A stretch of 64,000 nt of DNA from a virus. Position numbers and translations under genes: made by a program. Position 1 is the first letter of the stretch. Every line of letters starts with the position of its first letter. A model generated the notes under the pieces. That model saw nothing but the letters and a program-made list of their open reading frames with translations, made no database searches and had not been told where the DNA came from. Of the stretch, positions 56,700 to 64,000 are shown one piece after another. Where the stretch lies: the IMG/VR virus record IMGVR_UViG_3300022839_000011, positions 24,701 through 88,700 of that record. One strand, 5' to 3'.

Positions 56700-57026
56700 T
56701 CACTTTTCTAATATTATTTTTGACAAATCCCAAAGTGTTGCCTTGTAGTCGTCTAGTTCCACTGATACCATTGTAACAATCTTATCTGGGGAAGTTTTTG
56801 ACCATCCCCGCATCACACGATATTCAATATTTACTTTTGAAACTGTACCGGATATTCGCTTTGGTGTGTTTTCTTCTGGAAGCTGAAGATGCTTTGGGTA
56901 TACAGAAGGCATATCTAACCAATAGTATACCTGATCACCAACTCTTGGTATGATGTTAGAATATACTGTAACTGACACATCATCATCTTTAGAATCATAC
57001 AGGTGTATACTTGTAGTTTCATTCAT
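56700..57026 (-). CDS. hypothetical protein
   Basis: IPRVGD motif; in operon. Confidence 0.55.
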   Translation of the reverse strand: MNETTSIHLYDSKDDDVSVTVYSNIIPRVGDQVYYWLDMPSVYPKHLQLPEENTPKRISGTVSKVNIEYRVMRGWSKTSPDKIVTMVSVELDDYKATLWDLSKIILEK

Positions 57027-57258
57027 CAGTAAATCCTATCTGAATTAATTTGTCTCTTTACAAATTCTTGATATTGTGAAGGGTGCATATATATCGTTTT
57101 GCCTTCTATTATAAAAATTGATGGCATTTCAGTAAATTGTGGTCCAAGTTTTTTGTCAATTTTTTATAAAGTCTGGACGATCTTTTTTTATTTGGCCAGT
57201 TTTCTTTACGTTCTATTGCTGCTTCTGTTATGACAATATCTAGACCCAAATATCTCAT
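57026..57258 (-). pseudogene. small ORF requiring a -1 shift at A_AAA_AAC (A6 run 57149-57154)
   Basis: Start and stop overlap the neighbours; length 233 nt is one base short of in-frame. Confidence 0.45.
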
Positions 57259-57593
57259 TCTTTTTCCTTTAATTTTTGGTCATTACAAACCAAAACAGAC
57301 CTAATTTTTTCCACGATCCAATCATAAACTGGGTCATCTGGATCTTCCTTATATTCTGGGGCATTTAGTCCATACCCATCAAGAATATACTCTAACGCAT
57401 TTTTATAAATGTCTTCCCGCGCTTTAGATTCGGTTTCAATGGCATTTCGAAACCAAGTCTCTAGAAAATCCCTATCATATGATACCCTTGGGCCAGCTTC
57501 ATATCCTGCTGGATAATCTACTTCTGCTTCGCACATTGTTTCTTCAACACATTGCATAAGGACTGTAATAATTTTTGTGTGTTCTTTTTCCAT
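57255..57593 (-). CDS. hypothetical protein
   Basis: Coupled in operon. Confidence 0.55.
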   Translation of the reverse strand: MEKEHTKIITVLMQCVEETMCEAEVDYPAGYEAGPRVSYDRDFLETWFRNAIETESKAREDIYKNALEYILDGYGLNAPEYKEDPDDPVYDWIVEKIRSVLVCNDQKLKEKE

Positions 57594-57594
57594 A

Positions 57595-57888
57595 TCAGTT
57601 TTCCTCTAATGCTTTAATAGTAAGATCCATAAGTTCGTAACCATAATTTAGCCCACTATCTGCAGGCTCGTGTCCACAATCCATTGCACTTCCATGATTG
57701 ATCATATCATTACCACAACAACAAACACCCGTTGCCATTGAAGTGTTTTCATATTCAATTTTCCACATATACAAAACATTTTTGAGTAAATCTTCTTTTT
57801 CTTTCAAAATTGAGATTTCTTTTCTCATGCTGTTATTTGTATCTTGTAACAATTCTGATAGATTTTTATAATGATTCATCAATGTCAT
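57595..57888 (-). CDS. hypothetical protein
   Basis: GVCCCG..H....GH. Confidence 0.55.
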   Translation of the reverse strand: MTLMNHYKNLSELLQDTNNSMRKEISILKEKEDLLKNVLYMWKIEYENTSMATGVCCCGNDMINHGSAMDCGHEPADSGLNYGYELMDLTIKALEEN

Positions 57889-58207
57889 CTGTACTCTCCA
57901 TGATTTCCATTTGTAATATTTTTTGATAATCTAAAGCAGATTGCATATCTTCAAATGTAGCTTTTCTTCTAAGACCACACACCTTACATTCACCTTCTGT
58001 GTATTTTATTGGTCTTGTGAATGTTGGGTGCCAATCATGCGCAGAGCCATTCAAACAATCGGCTTTTTCTGGTTCATAGTGTATGGTAATACTGGTTCGA
58101 TATATGAAAATCATACCACACGACTCACATTCATAGTCGTGTATTTCATCTTCTTCACAATTTACATTATCAACATCACAAACATATTCACAATATGGGC
58201 ATTCCAT
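57866..58207 (-). CDS. zinc-ribbon protein
   Basis: CPYC, CESC, CKVC. Confidence 0.65.
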   Translation of the reverse strand: MECPYCEYVCDVDNVNCEEDEIHDYECESCGMIFIYRTSITIHYEPEKADCLNGSAHDWHPTFTRPIKYTEGECKVCGLRRKATFEDMQSALDYQKILQMEIMESTDDIDESL

Positions 58208-58641
58208 ACTATTTACTTTCTACATTGTTCTTTCGGAAATCGCAGTATAATTCCCAAACAGTTAGAAGAATTCCAAGAAATACACCAAAGAAAATGCCAA
58301 TGATAAGAGGAAAAGACATTCCGATAATAATCACATTTAACATAACGTATGCCATCATAGAAGCAAACACAAAGTCATACCATTTCATAATCAACCTCAC
58401 TTAATAATTGTGCGACACGAACCAAATTATTAGCCCATGTTCCTTTTATATTAACATAGTATAACGTATCTGTGTTGTCAAGAACTTTTTCGGTATTGAA
58501 ATCAAATAAAATTTCGTCTTCCATCAACAGTTTTAAAAAATTACGAATTTGTACCTCATCACGGAAATAAAATTCTAGTTCCCAGTTGCATACACTTGCT
58601 CTATCTAAATTTTTATCTCTGACAGTCAACTTATTTCTCCT

Positions 58642-58995
58642 TTATTTTCTATCAAACTTCAATTTTTCGATGTATTTATCAGCTTCATCTTTCGTAAGAA
58701 ACCAATTATGTAGATATGAATCATCTTCTTCTGGCCAAACTTGACCATCTGGATATTTAAAATGATATGAATTTAGGTGATCTTCGTCAAATCTTATAGT
58801 TCCTTTTTTTGAAAACCAAGCCATTCCGCAATATTCTGTAACTACAATCTCATATTCCCAATTATCTCTGTCATATCTATACCATTCAATGCCATCTACA
58901 TCTACCATCGTAAACTTCACTTTTTTAAATGAATTATTGATTTCTTTGACATTGTATACTTTATCGCCAAGAACCATGCTTTCGAAATTTACCAT
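58642..58995 (-). CDS. hypothetical protein
   Basis: SD GAGGG. Confidence 0.55.
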   Translation of the reverse strand: MVNFESMVLGDKVYNVKEINNSFKKVKFTMVDVDGIEWYRYDRDNWEYEIVVTEYCGMAWFSKKGTIRFDEDHLNSYHFKYPDGQVWPEEDDSYLHNWFLTKDEADKYIEKLKFDRK

Positions 58996-59025
58996 AATAT
59001 CCCTCTTTTAGTTAATTTATAGGTG

Positions 59026-59433
59026 TTAAATCGTCTGGTTATACTTTTTTTGTAATTCCAAGAAATGCTCGTACTCTGCACGCTTTTTTTCTTGATCATA
59101 GGCATCTTTACGGTGTTTTTTTTCTTCAGCCGCAGACTTTTTTCTTTCTTCGTAATTTGCCAAATACGATGTTGGTTCGGCAAAATTTAAAAAACTTAAA
59201 GCATATTCTTTTTCCGTGCTTTCTTCTTTACTATATCTATATCTCGTATAGAATATACTGTGAACAGTGATATAGTCTTCATCGAATTCAAACCTGTCAT
59301 ATGTATAAATATTATGATACTTCTCGTCGCTGTATTTTTCATCAATTTTTTCAATACTTTTAATGATGTATTCTGCCTGCTGGGCAATTTTAAAGTATTG
59401 TTCTTGGAAATTTTTAATTTCGTTTACGTTCAT
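59026..59433 (-). CDS. hypothetical protein
   Basis: Coupled to the upstream gene. Confidence 0.55.
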   Translation of the reverse strand: MNVNEIKNFQEQYFKIAQQAEYIIKSIEKIDEKYSDEKYHNIYTYDRFEFDEDYITVHSIFYTRYRYSKEESTEKEYALSFLNFAEPTSYLANYEERKKSAAEEKKHRKDAYDQEKKRAEYEHFLELQKKYNQTI

Positions 59434-59846
59434 TTCTCCAAACTCCATTGTGAATTGTCACGCATTTCTTCATAAGCAGCAGCTTTTTCTTGGTAGTAAA
59501 CTATCAAAGTTGCATTCATTGTAATCTCTTCCTTGGTTAAGCTACCTTCGCCGTTCGTTGCCATTAACATAAGTGCTTTCAGATGGCAGCTGGTAATTGC
59601 ATCTTGAAACAGATACCCTACCATAAGGGGGTCTTTGTACTTAATAGTAACAAAGCTTTGTTCTTGGGCGCAATGGCTGTTTGCTTTTTGTTTGGCTTCT
59701 TCTAATGTGAACCCATGACCCAGAGAAAGATCATCGAAATCTACCAGAAATCCATCATCAAACTTAATTAGAGTATAGGCACCACTGGAATAATGTGCTC
59801 CGCCATTTTCTTCCCATACTAGTTCTTTGAACTTGTTTTCGGTCAT
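59430..59846 (-). CDS. hypothetical protein
   Basis: Early promoter and SD upstream. Confidence 0.55.
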   Translation of the reverse strand: MTENKFKELVWEENGGAHYSSGAYTLIKFDDGFLVDFDDLSLGHGFTLEEAKQKANSHCAQEQSFVTIKYKDPLMVGYLFQDAITSCHLKALMLMATNGEGSLTKEEITMNATLIVYYQEKAAAYEEMRDNSQWSLEK

Positions 59847-59918
59847 TTCTATACCTTTTTTTCTATCAGAGTACTTATGGTTATGTATAAACTACAGAGT
59901 TGTATTTGTCAACAACCT

Positions 59919-60302
59919 TTATACATTAGTGTCGGGTTTCCAGAGTTTAGCGTATTTCAAAACATTGGGCAATTGAGTGCCGTCTGGATATGGACAAACG
60001 ATTGCGCAACTTTTTTGCGCACCCAGTGTAGTATTTTCATGACCCAGATACACATCAGGTAGTGCAGCAATCTTATCAAATTCTTTTTGGTTTACCCGAA
60101 CAGTAACTTTCTTGAATGAGTTTTCGAGCCAATCAATATATGCAGGGTATTTCGGCAATCCCAACATACGAAAATCGGTGCTGTTGCTGAGAAGGTTGAC
60201 TTCCGAAAACATAATATGCGCTGCAAGAACAGCATGAGCAACCAGAGTTGGAGTCATGTAGTCTGGGAATTCATCAAGAACAGCAATGTAAAGTTTACTC
60301 AT
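59919..60302 (-). CDS. PTH2-like peptidyl-tRNA hydrolase
   Basis: KLYIAV..LVAHAV..W....FKKVTVRV..P..L pattern. Confidence 0.6.
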   Translation of the reverse strand: MSKLYIAVLDEFPDYMTPTLVAHAVLAAHIMFSEVNLLSNSTDFRMLGLPKYPAYIDWLENSFKKVTVRVNQKEFDKIAALPDVYLGHENTTLGAQKSCAIVCPYPDGTQLPNVLKYAKLWKPDTNV

Positions 60303-60478
60303 TTTCACTTCCTCAACTTTTAACTCTACAAAATCAGTTTCTTGGGCAATACGAGCAACAGTAGCATCCATGGCAATTCTCCTTTGTCTACTGGGTATAG
60401 TATCAATATATATTGATTCTCAGCAAATGTCAAACTTTTATAAATAGAAGAAGAAATTAACCAGCATGGAGAAAAATA

Positions 60479-60886
60479 ATGTCAAACCCACTACTTAGAA
60501 CAATAATTTTTGAAATGGTAGGCGACTACCTAAATGAATCGCACGAAGATTATTTGGTTAAATCTATCTTCGAAGAAGTTTCTTCTGAAACTTGGGACGC
60601 AATCCAAGAAGCAATTTTGAATGAGTTGAGCCCCAAAACACTTGAAAAATACAGGAAAAAAGCTGGTAAACAAGCTGAAAAAGCTTGGGATACAATGAAG
60701 ACACAGCAAAGAGTATCTGCAAGAGCAGATTCAAGTGGTTTTAAGTACCCAAAAGGTAGCGGAGTCAGAACCGATTATGATCAAAAATCATCAGACGCTT
60801 GGGCAAAAGCTAGAGCCGCAGAAAAGTTGCATGACAAAAGAGGTGATGGTTATAATCTAGCTGGTAAAAAGCTGGAAACAAAATAA
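60479..60886 (+). CDS. putative internal head protein
   Basis: Late promoter at 60439-60446; LRTIIFEMV..YLNES; LNELSPKTLEKY. Confidence 0.65.
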   Translation: MSNPLLRTIIFEMVGDYLNESHEDYLVKSIFEEVSSETWDAIQEAILNELSPKTLEKYRKKAGKQAEKAWDTMKTQQRVSARADSSGFKYPKGSGVRTDYDQKSSDAWAKARAAEKLHDKRGDGYNLAGKKLETK

Positions 60887-61493
60887 ATTTATTAATCTAA
60901 GAAAAAGGAGCCAAATCTCCTTTTTCTTTATCAATTATTTTGTTCGGTGCTAACTATAAAGTCTTCGAGTGTCATCATATCGTGATCAGAGTCAGCACCA
61001 TTGTACCAGTACTCGCAATATACATTTTAGTCATAATGGGCCTCAACTTTCAGATACAATTGTAAAATCATCTAATGACATGGCAGTAGTAAAGTCTCGA
61101 AATCTTGAATGTGAAGTAAATTTTACACCAATTTCAATTTTGTGATTATAGGGGTGTGCTTTGTAGCCCCCGCCTCTACCGTTTGTTGTTATAGTATACA
61201 ACATGTTATTTTTTGTATATCGAAATATTTTCATAATATCATCCTTAGTCTATATAGATGGTATATCCGCGCGATGCTGCTTCGTAATCTACTCGCACCT
61301 CGGAACCGTCGTCTTGAATCTTATATAACTGCACCGCATGATCGCTTTCTAATAGATCTGACATCTCGCTCTTGATATTTTCCAAGTTATCTGATACATA
61401 TGGCCTAATAGATACACCGCCGCCGTCATATCCTTGTGCTTTAATTCTATACATTATTTTTCCTAATCTACTAAGTTATATAGTCTCATGTCA

Positions 61494-61790
61494 TTAATAG
61501 TTAAAAATTCCGAACGGCCAGTTACCTTGTATACAGCCCATAGAATCAAAAACATAGGTTCTCGTTTCTGTGATAATTTCGACATCATTTTTATTGATGT
61601 TACCGTATTCTATTTGCTCACCAAGCATATTGACTACAGTATCTGAGTACACACGAATATTCAGAAAATCATTTACTTTGACTAATTCCAATACTTTTTC
61701 TACCAAAAGATTTGGCATAAGATTGAATTGCGTATCTGTATACTCTGTTTTCATATTTGGTTTTGCATTTCCGACATATACAGTAATCAT
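61494..61790 (-). CDS. hypothetical protein
   Basis: NWPFGIF end; promoter upstream. Confidence 0.55.
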   Translation of the reverse strand: MITVYVGNAKPNMKTEYTDTQFNLMPNLLVEKVLELVKVNDFLNIRVYSDTVVNMLGEQIEYGNINKNDVEIITETRTYVFDSMGCIQGNWPFGIFNY

Positions 61791-61840
61791 TTTGAACCTC
61801 TTTGTTTACAGTTTCTTATACAAGATATATATACCCATGT

Positions 61841-62772
61841 CAATCACTTATTGTCTTTTATTAATATAATTATGCGGCAGGACTGAAATTGGTCACTATT
61901 CCTTTGTCGCTATGAAACGATTCCACAGATATACGGTAATATGCGGCAAGAAAAATATCGTTATTATGAAAAAAAATACAGTAATAATAATAACAAAAAC
62001 TACTATATCATAAAAAAATGTAAAAATAAGTAAGAGCACAAATAGTAATATAATTAAGCAGAATGCTGCATCTTCAATGTTGATATGTGGTATTTTCATT
62101 TGATTCTCTTTTTATGATATATATAACAATCACTTATTATCTTTTATTAAAACCAATGACTGCTCTTGCGTTTCTTTGTTAGGTTTGGTCATCTAAGATT
62201 AGAAAATTGTACCTTGGGTTTTGGCATCGATAAGGTTGGCACCTTCAAGATCAGCACCACTAAGATCAGCACCACTAAGATCAGCATAGCGAATGTTGGC
62301 ACCACTAAGATTGGCATCAACAAGATTTGCACCACGAAGATTGGCGTCTGGACCGATTGCGTAACCATTAACAATATTCATTGTGTTTCTCCTCTATGTT
62401 TATTTTTACTGTTTTAATATAAGAAAAATTTGTAAGTTTGTCAAGTGTTATTTTAGTAAGCCTTCAACAAGAAGCCTCAAATGCTTTATTACGGATGCCA
62501 GTCCATTCAAACCACGCAGACGCTTCAGTAATCTCCAAATTAAGTGTAGAGTTCTGAACGAACTGCTTGGCATCAGACTCCATTAGGAATACACCAACAA
62601 CAGTATTAAAGTCTGTTTGGTGGTTCTTAGGGATATAGGCTACATACAGCATGGTTTATCTCCTTTGATTTGATTTATTCACAAGTATTTGTTTGGAAGT
62701 CATCTCTGACCACATCAACTTAGTCCTTGATGTTATTTTTAATCACTTATTATCTTTTAGTAAAGCCAATGC
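61841..62772. repeat. three ~25-30 bp dispersed repeats (near 61841, 62127 and 62741)
   Basis: aatcacttatt(a/g)tctttta(t/g)taa. Confidence 0.7.
62199..62381 (-). CDS. truncated pentapeptide-repeat paralog of 54189..54626
   Basis: Same [11 protein letters not shown] start; lacks the C-terminal domain. Confidence 0.75.
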   Translation of the reverse strand: MNIVNGYAIGPDANLRGANLVDANLSGANIRYADLSGADLSGADLEGANLIDAKTQGTIF

Positions 62773-63030
62773 GGCAGCCGATTCAATATTCAACTTTTTG
62801 AGATCTGATCTTATATAGGCAAGTTCGGTTTCGCTATACATACTGGTTCCGTATATAGAATTTAGATATTCTTTTTGGCTGGAACGGGACTTTCGAATAT
62901 ACTTTTCAGTATATTCTTTTGCTTCTTCTGGCGGAAAGTGCTTCAAATAATATAACATAATAAGGGTCTCGATGCTCGGTTCATCAGTACCCGCACCTAT
63001 ATTTGGTTGGTATTTGAAAATATTATTCAC
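62743..63030 (-). CDS. hypothetical protein
   Basis: Promoter and SD upstream. Confidence 0.5.
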   Translation of the reverse strand: MNNIFKYQPNIGAGTDEPSIETLIMLYYLKHFPPEEAKEYTEKYIRKSRSSQKEYLNSIYGTSMYSETELAYIRSDLKKLNIESAAALALLKDNK

Positions 63031-63662
63031 ATCATATATCCTTCTGTTTCATATTATTAAGTGTTGCTATACTATATACAGTTCACAATGTCAACACAAG
63101 TTATTATTTTTATAGATCACTGTAATTAATAATGGTTACTGTCTCAGGGTCTGCCCATATAATGCGACGTTCAACGACCCAACTTTTGAAAATCTTAATA
63201 CCAAACAGTCGTCGTTGAATTTCTATATACTGGTGCGGGCCACCATCTGGTCCGCCGTTTACCACTTTGCACAGTCCAGTAGTTTCTATTTTTTTCCAGC
63301 GTCTTAAAAACGCTGACATTTTGTAAGCTTGTTTCATTTTATCCTCTATTGCTATAATTAATAAATCTATATGAGTGAGAAATGTATTCAAGTTCTACTT
63401 CTAACTATACGGCTATAATATCATATTTCTTTTGTTTTTTTAGATTAAGATATATACGCATTATTTTCAGATACATTTTCATATTATTAATGCTATGTTT
63501 TAATAAGAGTCGGTCCTATGTTTTCACCTAACATTTTAACTGTTTTTTACAGTAGTATTAACAGAAAACATCTTTGGAATATATGGGCAGAAGTATCCGC
63601 CGCTGTTGTCTTCAAAAATTCCCCACCGTGCGCAGACAGTCTCAGATTAACAAAGCGATATA

Positions 63663-64000
63663 TTATTGGTCACGACATATCCAGTGTTTAATAAAGTTTT
63701 CCATATAGCAGCGAATATTTTCAGCACCTATTGGGTTCATTGAATGTATAGAATACACAAAGTTTTCGGGAAAGTCAAGATCATTATCCATGATATATTG
63801 ACAAAGCCATCTTGCAAAAGTATACCCAGTATTTTCCCCATCATCGGTAGTATAATGAATGTCTGCTAAATCATGATCAAAACTAATCTTTGTTGGCAAC
63901 CCATACTGTGTTACACACCATACGGCATCGTCCATAGTACGACAAATAATTAAATCTTTGTATGCACCTAAATCATAGGGAACATCTTCGGGAAATCTCA
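63663..64000 (-). CDS. cyclic-phosphate-processing receiver-like domain protein (5' end off the window)
   Basis: RFP..ISFDHDL..TGYTFARWL..HSMNPIGAENI. Confidence 0.75.
   Translation of the reverse strand, partial: RFPEDVPYDLGAYKDLIICRTMDDAVWCVTQYGLPTKISFDHDLADIHYTTDDGENTGYTFARWLCQYIMDNDLDFPENFVYSIHSMNPIGAENIRCYMENFIKHWICRDQ

Noticed and set aside
67-63935. Most plus-strand ORFs in the track
   Set aside because: They are antisense shadows of well-supported minus-strand genes or tRNAs; only those at 35380, 39869, 40167 and 60479 have promoter, SD or motif support.
1-64000. Genome-wide stop-codon reassignment
   Set aside because: Core genes end normally at TAG (gene 52, uvsX-N, 1055 ORF) and TGA (41-N, 39), long ORFs are intact in code 11, and no CTA- or TCA-anticodon tRNA was found.

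Overview
This is a 64-kb, AT-rich segment of a large T4-superfamily (myovirus-type) phage genome, almost all coded on the minus strand. The host is most likely an alphaproteobacterium (Rhodobacteraceae-like), inferred from the permuted two-piece tmRNA, the hemO/pcyX genes and a DUF3563-like ORF. Left to right it carries: gp61 primase (truncated by the window edge); a lysis cassette (holin, overlapping spanins, GH19 endolysin); putative capsid-packaged internal proteins; a T5 A1-like metallophosphoesterase; and gp41 helicase and uvsX, each fractured by a naturally split intein (uvsX also has a GIY-YIG gene between its halves). Next come gp32 and gp33, heme oxygenase, tmRNA, an outer-membrane beta-barrel protein, an Alt-like ADP-ribosyltransferase and Dps. 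A ~8-kb tRNA/ncRNA cluster follows, with canonical, atypical and broken tRNAs, tRNA mimics, two homing endonucleases and pcyX. The right half holds topoisomerase II genes (52 and 39/60), six DNA-methyltransferase-related genes and many small early ORFs. The most notable candidate new elements are: (1) an amber-interrupted M-L-*-I-R-S-P-P uORF placed to open an anti-SD hairpin of an unknown gene (a putative stop-codon read-through sensor); (2) a DNA-MTase cassette array with constant ends and swapped middles, one copy with UAG at the DPPY tyrosine; (3) a free-standing 44-aa peptide that duplicates the C-terminal tail of the ADP-ribosyltransferase; (4) tRNA mimics and a tRNA-Arg with a rewired D-arm; (5) two adjacent split inteins with opposite charge polarity. 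All family assignments are from motif recognition by eye; no database searches were run.
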